The position numbers and the translations under genes were made by a program. From the IMG/VR virus record IMGVR_UViG_3300042402_002641, positions 216,020 through 280,019 of that record: DNA of 64,000 nt, one strand, 5' to 3'. Each line of letters starts with the position of its first letter. The stretch's first letter is position 1. Shown piece by piece: positions 1-11,194 of this stretch. A model generated the notes under the pieces. That model was not told where the DNA came from and did not search any database. It saw nothing but the letters and a program-made list of their open reading frames with translations.

Positions 1-3000
1 CCGGGGGTTGGGCGATATTTGAAAAAATCAACAACGCAGGTACAACTTTTTCAGATAGGTTTAAATTAGTGGCTAGACAGGACGGAACTTTGCAATTAAA
101 ATCTTCTCTATATGATACCACGGTGGCAGGTATAGGATTTGATAACGCACAGAGTTTTGACAACACTACCTATGATATTTCAAATTCAATAGAATTAAGA
201 AATATTTTACAGGCTGTAAAAAAAGATATTTTTGTTGCAGATTATGCTATAGAATGGAATAAATTATTTTTCTCTAGCATAAGATATACTTTGTCAGAAC
301 AACAATATGTTGATTGGGTTTTTAAAACTAGTTTCTTAAACGCTACACACTCTGTAGGCAGTTTTGAACAAAAGCTAAATTATAAAAATGATAATCTTGA
401 AAGTTATCAACAATATATAGATGAAGTTAAACCTTTTAGAACTACAGTAAGAGAGTATGTGAGTCGTTACAATACTCCCGAGCCCTATCAATCAGCTATT
501 GCAGATTTTGACCTTGCTCCGAATTATTCAGTTATAGATGGTAAAGTAGTTCCTATAACCTTTGATCGTGCAGAATTAACACAGTACCCTTGGAAATGGT
601 GGACAGACAATAACGGTTACTCAGTTACGGAAATTTTATTATATGAGTACGGCACCCTATATACCACTGTGCCTAGGGTGGTCATAGAAGGTAACGGTTC
701 AGGAGCTACAGCGCAGGCCTATATATCTAACGGTCGTGTATCTGGTATTAAAATGTTGACCACAGGCAGCGGCTATACACAAACGCCCACAGTAACCTTA
801 GTAGGGGGAAATTCCAACGACGGAACACAGGCTAAGGCTACAGCGGTGTTAGGCAATACTAAGATTAGAACTTTTAATCTCACAGTGAAATTTGATCGTG
901 TTAGCAAAACAGGTGATTATCAATCATATACACAAAATCAAATATTTGTAGCTACAGGCAGCACAGCGGTATTTGAACTAGGGTACGCTCCTACTAGAGA
1001 CAAAACTAAAATATCAATATTTAAAAATAATCAATTAGTCTTAACCAGCGAATATACTATCAGCTTATATTATTTGGACACTGATAATTATTCTTTGTTG
1101 AGAGGAAAAATTATATTTAATATAGCTCCAGTTAACGGCGATGTGATCACTGTAAACTATGAAAAAAATATCGAATTATTATCTGCTATAAACAGAATAG
1201 ATCGATTCTACACTCCCGTTTCCGGTATGGTAGGCAAAGAACTTAACCAACTTATGACCGGAATAGATTTTGGAGGTGTACAGATACAAGGTACTACTTT
1301 TGAAGTTACTGGAGGATGGGATGCGCTGCCATGGTTTACAGACAACTGGGACAGCGTAGAAGCCGCCAGCGACTATTACGTAGTTCATGATGGTAGCACT
1401 AATACAGTAACTCTTCCGTACATTCCAGCGGCCGGACAAGAAATTAACATTTATATCAAGCGAGCAGGAGAAACACAGACTCGAAGAATAGACGATCCGG
1501 CATATAATGATCAGATAGATTCATCTACAAGTGCAAATCCTAATGCAGAAATGCCTACTTTTATAGGCGATGGCGTTAACAATATTGTAGAAATTGGAGA
1601 TTATCTATCAACACAAAGTGGGGATACATTAATTTTCCGTCCTTCAGAAAGCGATGGATCAGTAACAATCACCGATGATAATTTGCTAGATACCAAACTC
1701 AGCGGAGGCACATTATCGGCCATAGATAATATATATGTCACCGCCAGAGGGACCACAGCAGAAGAAATAGCTATAACCGGTGGTAAGTTTATTGAACCTG
1801 ATCACGTGCCTGCTCCGGAAGAAAATATTCCTGGACAGGTTATGGACAGTGTGTCTATTAAAGTGTTTCAATCGACCCCGACAGGGTCAGCGGCCCTGCA
1901 ATCTAAAATTGTCAAAGGTAACGGAATCGATACCGACTTTGATATTGGACAACCTATTGTTGAAAACAACTCAGTAATTGTGTATGTAAATAAAGTTAAA
2001 AAATACTTAGGTATAGACTATACTTTGGATCTAGTACAGAATAGAGTAGAATTTAATACAGCACCTATTAATAATTCAGTAATAGAACTTATCTCTATAG
2101 GTGTAGGCGGAATAGGTATATTATCTTCAGATATATTCGTTGCCGATGGAGCCACTAACCTATTCCTAACAGATGCTAACTACAACGACACAGCATTAAT
2201 ATTTGTTAGTGTAAATGGTGAGCCCGTAGATACTGGGTTTATAGACAGCACAGAAGTCACAGATATTCCGGGTAAAACTTTAGTAGAATTCGGAATAATT
2301 CCGTCGGCGGATGCAGTGATAAAAATAATAAGTCTTCAAGCCAGTGCCGATGTAGATAGTTCAGGAGTGTCTGTGGTGCAGGTCAATACTCAAACGGTGT
2401 ATTTTGAAGGTAGTACGAGAAGTTTTGATCTTGAAGGGTTTGTAGAGATATCGAGGGGGTCGGCACCTAATTCAATGTTGGTAGAAGTAGATGGCCAATA
2501 TCTCAGAGGTGCAGATACAATCTATGTTGAATATGACGGAACTAACAACACGTTTATTCTAGGTCAAGATCCGTTAGAAGTATCTGGATCTATTCTACCC
2601 AGCAATATTAGAGTATATGTTAATAATCGATTGAAAACTTTTATCACGGAATATACCTATAACGCTGCTACGAAGGAATTAGTAATTATCCCGGCTGTTC
2701 TCAATAACGGAGATCGAATAAAAATTGAAAATAATCGTAGGGCAGAATATTCTATAGTTGATTCTAATCTTGTAATAGATTCTGGTGTTTCTATGATTAC
2801 TACCAACGAAACAGATAATGTAGAAATAAATGTTACATGGTTTAGCGAATATGCTTCATTGGATATGATATCGGATGAAATTGTAGGCGGCAAGGTACAG
2901 TATCAATTACCCCGTGCTCCTATATCTGCTAGTTATGTTTGGGTGTATAAGAACGGAACCCGCCTTACTCAGGATCAAGATTACTATGTCAATATACCCA

Positions 3001-3857
3001 GAAATGTAGTTTATCTGGTTGCAGATTCAACCGTGAATGATCAGATCAAGATAGTGTTATTTTCATCAGACGTTTATCGATCACCTAGTGCTTTTGAAAT
3101 TCATAAAGATATGTTGAATGTATATCATTATAATAGATTTTCTAGAGGCGAAGTAACACTGGCCTCAACACTTAACTATTATGATACTACTATTACGGTT
3201 ACTGACGGTTCAAAACTAACCGAACCAATTACTTCAAGGAACATTCCGGGAATTATAAATGTAGAGGGAGAAAGAATAGAATATATGAGTAAAGTTGGGA
3301 ATGTTCTATCACAGCTAAGAAGAGGTTCTCAAGGCACAGCTATCGCAGAAATTTACTCTGCGGGAACCGCGGTTATTGATGTAGGATACGAAGAAGTGTT
3401 GCCTTACAATGAAACACAGCAAAGAACAGATTTCTATAGTGACGGTAGTTCACTATTAGTTGGGCCTTTAGATTTTGTGCCTATACAAGGTGTTAGAACT
3501 TCGTGGTACAGAGACACTGTGCCTAGTTCTTACAGTGCCTGTGATCAAATTGAAGTGTTTGCGGGAGGCCGTAGATTGCGCAAAGATCCTGTCGCAGTAT
3601 GGGTGGAAGACAACGGAGCCTACAGCCCCGAAGCCGATGAAAGACTAGAAGCAGAATTTGCGGTGGACGGTATCACTGCTTATATTAGGCTCACAGCGCC
3701 ATTGGCTGCAGGTACAAGGGTAACTGTAATTAAAAGAACAGGCAGAATCTGGTACGATAGAGGAGAAACCGCAGCGTCTAGTGGCCAAACATTGCTGGAT
3801 AATTCAACGGCTGTAGCAAGATTCATAGCGGAGAAGACTACGGTTTTACCTCGATAA
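1..3857 (+). CDS. Very large virion structural protein (baseplate wedge/tail-associated), 5'-truncated
   Basis: The frame is open from base 3 (GGWAIFEK...) through the GTG at 69, so the gene starts upstream of the window. It has repeated beta-rich 'V.VNG....G.DYT' modules and a 'GSGYT..PTV...GG' motif, and sits upstream of the tail-fibre genes. Confidence 0.7.
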   Translation, partial: GGWAIFEKINNAGTTFSDRFKLVARQDGTLQLKSSLYDTTVAGIGFDNAQSFDNTTYDISNSIELRNILQAVKKDIFVADYAIEWNKLFFSSIRYTLSEQQYVDWVFKTSFLNATHSVGSFEQKLNYKNDNLESYQQYIDEVKPFRTTVREYVSRYNTPEPYQSAIADFDLAPNYSVIDGKVVPITFDRAELTQYPWKWWTDNNGYSVTEILLYEYGTLYTTVPRVVIEGNGSGATAQAYISNGRVSGIKMLTTGSGYTQTPTVTLVGGNSNDGTQAKATAVLGNTKIRTFNLTVKFDRVSKTGDYQSYTQNQIFVATGSTAVFELGYAPTRDKTKISIFKNNQLVLTSEYTISLYYLDTDNYSLLRGKIIFNIAPVNGDVITVNYEKNIELLSAINRIDRFYTPVSGMVGKELNQLMTGIDFGGVQIQGTTFEVTGGWDALPWFTDNWDSVEAASDYYVVHDGSTNTVTLPYIPAAGQEINIYIKRAGETQTRRIDDPAYNDQIDSSTSANPNAEMPTFIGDGVNNIVEIGDYLSTQSGDTLIFRPSESDGSVTITDDNLLDTKLSGGTLSAIDNIYVTARGTTAEEIAITGGKFIEPDHVPAPEENIPGQVMDSVSIKVFQSTPTGSAALQSKIVKGNGIDTDFDIGQPIVENNSVIVYVNKVKKYLGIDYTLDLVQNRVEFNTAPINNSVIELISIGVGGIGILSSDIFVADGATNLFLTDANYNDTALIFVSVNGEPVDTGFIDSTEVTDIPGKTLVEFGIIPSADAVIKIISLQASADVDSSGVSVVQVNTQTVYFEGSTRSFDLEGFVEISRGSAPNSMLVEVDGQYLRGADTIYVEYDGTNNTFILGQDPLEVSGSILPSNIRVYVNNRLKTFITEYTYNAATKELVIIPAVLNNGDRIKIENNRRAEYSIVDSNLVIDSGVSMITTNETDNVEINVTWFSEYASLDMISDEIVGGKVQYQLPRAPISASYVWVYKNGTRLTQDQDYYVNIPRNVVYLVADSTVNDQIKIVLFSSDVYRSPSAFEIHKDMLNVYHYNRFSRGEVTLASTLNYYDTTITVTDGSKLTEPITSRNIPGIINVEGERIEYMSKVGNVLSQLRRGSQGTAIAEIYSAGTAVIDVGYEEVLPYNETQQRTDFYSDGSSLLVGPLDFVPIQGVRTSWYRDTVPSSYSACDQIEVFAGGRRLRKDPVAVWVEDNGAYSPEADERLEAEFAVDGITAYIRLTAPLAAGTRVTVIKRTGRIWYDRGETAASSGQTLLDNSTAVARFIAEKTTVLPR

Positions 3858-3860
3858 ATA
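3854..3860 (+). promoter_or_regulatory. T4-like late promoter (ATAAATA)
   Basis: ATAAATA overlaps the TAA stop of the upstream gene, immediately before the 3862 ORF. The motif recurs before many genes. Confidence 0.6.
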
Positions 3861-3861
3861 C

Positions 3862-4533
3862 ATGATGAATTCAACAGAGAACAAAATGTCAGAAAATCAA
3901 TCAAAAATCTCCGAGATCCCCCAGGCCCGACCAAATGAAACGGGCGGTTTCCATTTTGAAGGACACATTAAGATCTTTGATCCTAACACCAAAGAAGTGT
4001 TCATTGATAAACGTAACGCTATCCATTATGAAAATATGAGTGTGGCCATGGTGCAGAGTCTTAGCAATCAAGGTCAGGGAACAATTTATCAAATGGCGTT
4101 TGGTTCTGGAGGCACAATCGTTGATCCAACTGGCCTGATAACATATCTAACACCTAATACTATAGGAGTTAACTCTAGTTTATACAACCAAACCTATGTA
4201 AAAGTTGTAGATCAAAACGCTATTGAAAATACAGACCCTGCTAGAAATCTCATGCAGGTAAGACATATCAGTGGCGCTACTTACAGTGATATTCTAATCA
4301 GTTGTTTACTAGACTATGGAGAACCTCTAGAACAACAGGCCTTTGATAACTCAGTCGACATGAATGGAAATTTCGTTTTTGATGAATTAGGATTAATTAG
4401 CTACAATCCTAATGGCGCAGGAAAACTGCTGACGCATGTGATATTTCATCCGGTGCAAAAAAGTTTAAACAGACTGTTACAGATCGATTATACAATCCGT
4501 GTACAGAGCTTAACCGGTTTCACAGAGGTATAA
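3862..4533 (+). CDS. Baseplate/tail-associated structural protein
   Basis: 223-aa ORF between structural genes, with a C-terminal 'FDELGL...LLTHVIFHPVQKS' segment. The start may instead be 3865 or 3886. Confidence 0.55.
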   Translation: MMNSTENKMSENQSKISEIPQARPNETGGFHFEGHIKIFDPNTKEVFIDKRNAIHYENMSVAMVQSLSNQGQGTIYQMAFGSGGTIVDPTGLITYLTPNTIGVNSSLYNQTYVKVVDQNAIENTDPARNLMQVRHISGATYSDILISCLLDYGEPLEQQAFDNSVDMNGNFVFDELGLISYNPNGAGKLLTHVIFHPVQKSLNRLLQIDYTIRVQSLTGFTEV

Positions 4534-4536
4534 TAG

Positions 4537-6648
4537 ATGCCATATTCAGTTAATTTTACAGATAAAGAAAACAAAACACCAATAACGGTGTTTGATAATA
4601 CTTCCAGCACAGACACCAGTCTAAAATTTCCAGGCAGAAATGTAACAGGATACGGACAGATTATCGCAGAAAACTTTTTGGCTCTGTTAGAAAATTTCTC
4701 TTCTGCCGACGAACCAATTAATCCTATAGAAGGACAGTTGTGGTATAATAGCACAGACGGGGTTCTTCAGATTTGGGATAACACTGCATGGAAAGCAGCT
4801 TCCGGCATACAAAAAGGTGTAAGTGAACCCTCAGTACAAACTAGTAAAGTTGGTGAACTATGGGTCGACACTACAAATCAACAGCTACGCATTTTCACAG
4901 GTACACGCTGGATTTTAGTAGGACCAACAGAAAGCTCTGTCGACGGACTACGATATGGACCTGTAGTAGAAAGGATCGCCGACTCTGATAACATTGACAG
5001 ATTTGTTCTTACGTTTTACATTGCAGACATACCAGTAATTATTTTTAGTAAAGATAGTTTTACTCCCAAGACCATAATACCCGGATTTAATATTATTCGT
5101 TCCGGTATGAATATATCTGATCCCGGTACCGCACCTGAGATAGCAGCATTCGTTGGAGGTTTTGAGCCGATAATGTTTGGCACAGCTACTCGAGCTAACG
5201 CATTAAATGTCGGAGGTATTGAAATTGATTCAGGCAAGTTTTTGAGATCGGATACAATTAATACTACAGATTTTGCATTCAACGTTAGAAATAACAACGG
5301 AATTACTGTTGGCATTGATGGAACATTTAACATTGGTACTTCTGCTACCGCAGCAAAAATATATAACAGTGCTGCCGGTAGTTCGATTGACATACAAACC
5401 AGTCGCGACGGAATTCCATCTACGATTTTAAAAGTTGTAGATAACAGAGTGGGCATTAATCAGGCTACCCCTAGTCAGGCATTAGACATTGATGGTAGTC
5501 TTACACTTACAGGTTCTGTTATTGTAACAAACAATACTGCTAGCACCAATTTTAATAATGGAAGTTTAAGAACAGCAGGTGGTGCCGCAATCACAAAAAA
5601 TCTCATAGTAGGAGACGGTGTTGACATCACTGGCACTACACAGCTCAACAACCTGCAACCTAAAACGACTGATTTGTATGACTTAGGCACCGGCCTCAAA
5701 CGTTGGAAAACCGTCAGAGCCAAAACAGTTATAGCAGATACTATAGAAGGCGTATTATCCGGAAATATCAGCGGTAACGCTAATACCGCTTCTAGTCTCA
5801 CGAATGTAACTAGTTTTCAACTAACAGGCGATGTGTCAAGCCCCCCTGTGCAGTTTGATGGGCAGGTTGGCAGTTTCACCAAAATATTTAATACCACCTT
5901 AACTGCTAATATCATTGTAGACAAAAATCAACCTTTTCCAAATATATCTAAATCCACAGACTTTGTGCTAGTTTATAGAGCAAGTGATGCAGCCCTAGCA
6001 TCATCGGGATTATTAAAACAAACTAGAGACACCTTTGTAGGAGATTTAGGTATTCCTATTGGTGGCATAATTCCTTACGCCGGAGCAACTGCTCCTTATG
6101 GATTTTTATTCTGTGACGGTTCCGAGATTGAAAGACCAAAATTTTCTGTATTATATGACATTATAGGCAGTACATATAATGGAGCGACCCCATTGGTCGG
6201 TGTAAACACTTTTAGATTACCAGACTTACGAGGCAGATTTCCATTGGGTAGAGACAACATGGATAATGCAGGAACAGTTCCTATAAGTACGGGTGGATTT
6301 GTAGATTCGGGTGGCGGCACTGCGGGTAGGGTATCTGACATACAGGCTACCACCACAGGCGGTGCTGCAGGTTCAAGTTCGACTACGCTTACATTGGCAA
6401 ACTTACCAGAACACAGCCATACACTAAGTTCCGGAGCACAAGATTACTCAGCTATAGCAGTGACTACAACTATCGATCCAGCTGCAACTACAGGACTTGG
6501 ACCAACTGCACCTGGTCAAGCACAATATCTCAAAGATTCAGGAGGAATTAAAAAACCGGCTCTGACTACACTGAGTACTCCGGTAGGCATCATGAATCCA
6601 TTTCTAACAATAAATTATATTATTAGATCTGGACCACCGTTATTTTAA
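4537..6648 (+). CDS. Tail fibre protein with C-terminal tail-collar domain
   Basis: Contains the collar motif 'PIGGIIPYAG...GFLFCDG...LYDIIG..Y...FRLPDLRGRF' and ends in 'NPFLTINYII'. Shares an N-terminal domain with three downstream paralogs. Confidence 0.85.
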   Translation: MPYSVNFTDKENKTPITVFDNTSSTDTSLKFPGRNVTGYGQIIAENFLALLENFSSADEPINPIEGQLWYNSTDGVLQIWDNTAWKAASGIQKGVSEPSVQTSKVGELWVDTTNQQLRIFTGTRWILVGPTESSVDGLRYGPVVERIADSDNIDRFVLTFYIADIPVIIFSKDSFTPKTIIPGFNIIRSGMNISDPGTAPEIAAFVGGFEPIMFGTATRANALNVGGIEIDSGKFLRSDTINTTDFAFNVRNNNGITVGIDGTFNIGTSATAAKIYNSAAGSSIDIQTSRDGIPSTILKVVDNRVGINQATPSQALDIDGSLTLTGSVIVTNNTASTNFNNGSLRTAGGAAITKNLIVGDGVDITGTTQLNNLQPKTTDLYDLGTGLKRWKTVRAKTVIADTIEGVLSGNISGNANTASSLTNVTSFQLTGDVSSPPVQFDGQVGSFTKIFNTTLTANIIVDKNQPFPNISKSTDFVLVYRASDAALASSGLLKQTRDTFVGDLGIPIGGIIPYAGATAPYGFLFCDGSEIERPKFSVLYDIIGSTYNGATPLVGVNTFRLPDLRGRFPLGRDNMDNAGTVPISTGGFVDSGGGTAGRVSDIQATTTGGAAGSSSTTLTLANLPEHSHTLSSGAQDYSAIAVTTTIDPAATTGLGPTAPGQAQYLKDSGGIKKPALTTLSTPVGIMNPFLTINYIIRSGPPLF

Positions 6649-6661
6649 TTAGAGAACAAGA

Positions 6662-8512
6662 ATGGCATACCAAATAAACAAAACTGACGGAACTATTATA
6701 GCCACAGTGGCTGATGGGCAGATAGATACCCTATCCACAGACATCACACTGATAGGTAAAAATTACAGTGGGTTTGGAGAAGCATTTAATGAAAATCTAG
6801 TAAAAATGCTAGAAAATTTTGCCAGCACCACAGCACCTCTACATCCATTAAAAGGCCAGGTTTGGTTTGATAATGCAGAAAATAAGTTAAAAGTTTATAA
6901 TGGCTCAACATTTATTCCTGTGAGTTCCGCCACCATTTCTAGCACACAACCCGATACCTTATCTATAGGTGATTTATGGTTTGATGATGTAGGAGCTCAG
7001 TTGTATTTCTTCGACGGGAATCAACCTATATTAATCGGACCAGCATATTCAACAGCACAAGGTAAAAGCGGATTAGAGGTCGACAGCATATTAGATACTC
7101 TGAATCAAACCAAAGTAATAACATATCTTTATAACAATGGTATATTACTAGGAATTTTTTCTAAAGACAGTTTCACACCTAAAATTTCTATTATTGGATT
7201 TAGCGGTAGCATAGAGCCTGGATTTAACGCAGGTACATTGGCTAATATAAAGTTTCGAGTAACCTGTACTAATTCAGAACAATTAGGAGGTGCAGTAGCT
7301 ACCACATATGCTAGAAGAGATTCAGCTAACACGTTGAACGGACAATTAAGTATAAACGTAGATGCAGGTCTAGTGATAGGCTCGGGTAATCAGATGAATC
7401 TCTTGGTAAGCTCGGGAGATATAGAAGTATCCAATTTTGCCAGCGACAAAGATCTATTTCTTAAAGTTAGAAAAGGTATTGATCAAGAAACTGCGGTATC
7501 TATAGATTCAAGCACACGAACAGTTGGAATATATTCAGGATTTCCAACCAGTATGGTTAATATCGGGGGCAGTTTAATAGTAGCAGGTGACCTTACTGTT
7601 GAAGGAACCACTACTACTATTAATACCGCTAATGTAACTATCGAAGACAAAACACTGACATTGGCCAACGTAGCAGCGCCAACGGAAACCACTGCTACTG
7701 GTGCTGGTATAATAATTAGATCTACTGGTTCAGATTCATCTGCCTACGATAAAGAAATAGTTTATAGATCTACCAGCGAAGGACCTCCGCCTACCGGAGT
7801 ATTTGACGTTAGTGAAGATCTAAATCTAGCAGCAGGCAAACAGTTACAGATAGGCGGGGTTAAAGTCATTGACGGTAACAGTCTTGGAAGTTCAATTACC
7901 AGTATTCCGGGAGTTACAGCTTTTGGTACACAGAATGTTCTAAACATTGGTCCTGGAGTACCGCCAGTAACACAGATGCGTTTAGAAAACCATAGGATCA
8001 GCACAGTGTCAACTAATTTTGACATCGAACTTGAACCAGACGGCTCGGGAAATGTTGCGTTAATAGGCTTGCCGAGAATCACAGGAATGCAGAATCCTGT
8101 GGGTCAACAAGATGCAGCCACCAAAGAATATGTAGATAGCACAGTAGAGTCAAGATCATTGGTATTCAGCACGGATTTATCTGATGGAAAATCTAACACA
8201 TATATTATTGCTAACATTTTAAATAATTTAGCTCCGGTAGCTGAATTTAGAAATGGTACTTATGCAAGAATATTGTGTACACTAATCAATCCTTCCAGCA
8301 CCAGTTTAGCTATCAATACATTGCCTCCTGGTATCGGTACTAATCCTTTCTTGACCGATCTATCAGGAAGCAGTTCTTTAGCCATTACTAGTATTTCATT
8401 CCCCACAGCTACAATTCCTGCAGCGTCTATTTCAACAACTAGAATTATTAAAACGTTTCAAATTGTAGCTAACGTTTGGACATGGCAGTCAGATTTGAGT
8501 TTACCACCATAA
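6662..8512 (+). CDS. Tail fibre protein (paralog 2)
   Basis: Shared N-terminus (MAY...DG.ID...LIGKNY.GFGE..NEN...LENFA...P..GQVWFD) and a 'DAATKEYVD' stalk motif. Confidence 0.75.
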   Translation: MAYQINKTDGTIIATVADGQIDTLSTDITLIGKNYSGFGEAFNENLVKMLENFASTTAPLHPLKGQVWFDNAENKLKVYNGSTFIPVSSATISSTQPDTLSIGDLWFDDVGAQLYFFDGNQPILIGPAYSTAQGKSGLEVDSILDTLNQTKVITYLYNNGILLGIFSKDSFTPKISIIGFSGSIEPGFNAGTLANIKFRVTCTNSEQLGGAVATTYARRDSANTLNGQLSINVDAGLVIGSGNQMNLLVSSGDIEVSNFASDKDLFLKVRKGIDQETAVSIDSSTRTVGIYSGFPTSMVNIGGSLIVAGDLTVEGTTTTINTANVTIEDKTLTLANVAAPTETTATGAGIIIRSTGSDSSAYDKEIVYRSTSEGPPPTGVFDVSEDLNLAAGKQLQIGGVKVIDGNSLGSSITSIPGVTAFGTQNVLNIGPGVPPVTQMRLENHRISTVSTNFDIELEPDGSGNVALIGLPRITGMQNPVGQQDAATKEYVDSTVESRSLVFSTDLSDGKSNTYIIANILNNLAPVAEFRNGTYARILCTLINPSSTSLAINTLPPGIGTNPFLTDLSGSSSLAITSISFPTATIPAASISTTRIIKTFQIVANVWTWQSDLSLPP

Positions 8513-8532
8513 TGAATACAGGAGCGCAATAA

Positions 8533-10803
8533 ATGGCTTACATAGTCAATAAATTTAGCGGAGCACAGTTAATAGTTCTTGAAGATGGAACTATTGATAC
8601 CTCCACCAGTCTGGGCCTAGTTGGTAGAAACTATGTAGGCTACGGTGAAACACAGAACGAAAATTTTGTGTTTTTATTGGAAAATTTTGCTAACGAGTCT
8701 CCACCATCGAGACCCCTACAAGGACAAATTTGGTTCAACACCACTACCAACTTAACCTATGCCTACGACGGTGCAACTTGGAGCCCTATAGGTGCTGCTG
8801 TATTAAGTGCAACAGCTCCCGCCGATTCTAATGCAGGAGCTCTTTGGCTAGACATCACTGCTAATCAACTGAAAATTTACACAGGGTCTACTTGGACTTT
8901 AATTGGTCCGGAAGTGGTAGCTGGATTCGGATCGACTAGAGCCAGGGCTACTTCCCTAGATGATTCTGTGGGTAATCCTAGACCTGTAGTAATTTTAGAA
9001 ACTGACGGTGTCGCTTTCGCTATATGCACAGCACAGGCATTTACTATAAATTCCTCTAATTCAGTTGTCGGGTTTGAAAATAATTTGATAGCAGGTATCA
9101 ATCTTTCAGCAACTGCAAAAGTCAAAGGAGATTTAATAGGCAATGCCGGTAGCGCAGATAGACTCAGCACCGCTAGGACTATTAACGGTGTGCCTTTTGA
9201 TGGTCAACAAAATGTTACTATACAATCTTCTACCACAAGCAAACTGGTCAAGGGCACATATATTCAAGGATCAGACTTTGATGGCAGCACAGAGATCACA
9301 TGGAGTGTAGATGCTACATCTTCAAATACTATAGGTAAGATAGTAGCTAGAAATTCAGAAGGCGGATTTTCAGCTGGTACTATTTCGGCAAACCTCATAG
9401 GAAATGTCATAGGTAATGTAACTGCTGAATCCGGAACTAGCACATTTAATGTTATACAGGCCAACACATTTATCGGTGCAACACTAACTGGTAATGCTAA
9501 TTCTGCTACGCAGTTAGCTACTTCAAGACAGATCAATGGTATAAATTTTAATGGTACTAGTGACATCACTGTAACAGCAGCAGCTGATACACTAACCGGC
9601 AATACTTTAAACTCTACGATAATTCAAAGTAGTTTGCAACAATTAGGAACATTAGTTAATTTAAATGTTACTGATAGCGGAGTTAATATAGGTAGTTCTG
9701 GTCAGTTAAAAATGTTTGTAGATGCAAGTAGACCAACTATAAGATCCAGCACAGGAATACTTAATTTTGATATGGGAGTTAGTGGTCCTGATATTTCTTT
9801 CGTAGACTCTGCGACCGCACTATCATTAGGCGGTCCTAATGCACCTGCTGTGCTAGGAGATAATACCACAAACCTAGGTATCACAGGATATAAATTTAAT
9901 AACATCTATGCTAACAATTTCTTAGGTAATGCTACTACATCTACTCTAGCCACAACTGCAACTAACATATCAGGCGGTGGCGCAGGAGCTATACCTTTTC
10001 AAACTGCCGCCGGTATTACTTCAATGTTGGGCCTTGGCTTGCCGGGTACAGTTCTAACAGCACAGGTCGGTGGTCTGGCTTGGCAGCCAAATTCACAAGA
10101 ATCTCTGACCAAAGGTAGTTATTTGAATATGATAAACACCACCACTAGTGGCAGTTTAAGTGTATTCAACGGTAATCTTCCTGCGACAATTTCAGTAGAT
10201 GCTACAACAACTAACACCGCTAGCAAAGTTGTAGCACGTGATGCTAGCGGTAATTTTGCAGCAGGAACTATCACAGCTAATCTTGTGGGGGCAATCACAG
10301 GTAATGCTGCTACTGCAACACAGTTACAAACTGCAAGAACTATCAACGGTGTATCATTTAACGGTACACAAGATATAACAATCACAGCCACTGATACTAC
10401 CAAAGTAGCATTAGCAGGCAGCACTATGACAGGATATCTAACATTAGTAGGAGCTCCTGTTAATGCAGATCACGCTACTACCAAAAACTATGTAGACAGT
10501 AGATTACCTCAGTACACTATTATCTCTGGAGTCAGTTACAGCATAGCAGGATTTACCAACCAGGTAGGATCATTTAACGATGGTGCCAACTACTTTGATG
10601 TGTATCCGCCTGCAGGTAAATCTATGGGGAACCTAGTAGCGTTTATACCAAGTATACATGTGGTTCACTATGCTGGAGGAGTAGATGGCAATGACAGTAT
10701 CAGATGTACCTATTCGTATTTGGGTGATAGAATTAGGGTCTATGTGCAAAACACAGAACAGCGTTCTACTCCTGCAGCTAACTATTTGGTAATTTGGAGT
10801 TAA
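8533..10803 (+). CDS. Tail fibre protein (paralog 3) with internal repeats
   Basis: Shared N-terminus, three 'NAxxAxxLxTxRxINGxxFxGxxxxT' repeats and 'HATTKNYVD'. AGGAG SD upstream. Confidence 0.8.
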   Translation: MAYIVNKFSGAQLIVLEDGTIDTSTSLGLVGRNYVGYGETQNENFVFLLENFANESPPSRPLQGQIWFNTTTNLTYAYDGATWSPIGAAVLSATAPADSNAGALWLDITANQLKIYTGSTWTLIGPEVVAGFGSTRARATSLDDSVGNPRPVVILETDGVAFAICTAQAFTINSSNSVVGFENNLIAGINLSATAKVKGDLIGNAGSADRLSTARTINGVPFDGQQNVTIQSSTTSKLVKGTYIQGSDFDGSTEITWSVDATSSNTIGKIVARNSEGGFSAGTISANLIGNVIGNVTAESGTSTFNVIQANTFIGATLTGNANSATQLATSRQINGINFNGTSDITVTAAADTLTGNTLNSTIIQSSLQQLGTLVNLNVTDSGVNIGSSGQLKMFVDASRPTIRSSTGILNFDMGVSGPDISFVDSATALSLGGPNAPAVLGDNTTNLGITGYKFNNIYANNFLGNATTSTLATTATNISGGGAGAIPFQTAAGITSMLGLGLPGTVLTAQVGGLAWQPNSQESLTKGSYLNMINTTTSGSLSVFNGNLPATISVDATTTNTASKVVARDASGNFAAGTITANLVGAITGNAATATQLQTARTINGVSFNGTQDITITATDTTKVALAGSTMTGYLTLVGAPVNADHATTKNYVDSRLPQYTIISGVSYSIAGFTNQVGSFNDGANYFDVYPPAGKSMGNLVAFIPSIHVVHYAGGVDGNDSIRCTYSYLGDRIRVYVQNTEQRSTPAANYLVIWS

Positions 10804-10805
10804 TC

Positions 10806-11162
10806 ATGTACTATGTATGTATAGAAAATAATCAGATCACAGGCATACAGAGTTATGAACCTGCGGTGCCTAACACAGTGTCTGTGGTTACTATCACAGA
10901 TACTCAACACGCACAGATCATGGCGCAGACACACCGATTCGATGTGGCTTCTAGAACTATAGTTGCTGTAGATCAAGCTATTATTAGTCAAAGAGAACAG
11001 GACAGGTTAAACGGTATAGAACGTGAATTTTTAAATTCAACTGATTGGAAAGTTATGCGCCATATTAGGCAAAAAGCTCTGGGAATTGCTACTAGCCTTA
11101 CTGATGCAGAGTACACAGAATTAGAGCAGCAGCGGCAGACCGCGGCAGCTCGCATAGTTTGA
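10806..11162 (+). CDS. Tail fibre assembly chaperone-like protein
   Basis: Small ORF directly after a fibre gene, with an 'R.FL..TDWKV.R....' motif typical of fibre assembly chaperones. Confidence 0.6.
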   Translation: MYYVCIENNQITGIQSYEPAVPNTVSVVTITDTQHAQIMAQTHRFDVASRTIVAVDQAIISQREQDRLNGIEREFLNSTDWKVMRHIRQKALGIATSLTDAEYTELEQQRQTAAARIV

Positions 11163-11194
11163 TAAGTAATAATAATGACTAGCGGAGTATATCA

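Noticed and set aside
8519-8533. Shared leader CAGGAGCGCARTAA here and before 61295 (- strand)
   Set aside because: It is largely explained by the SD. Two copies are not enough to claim a regulatory motif.
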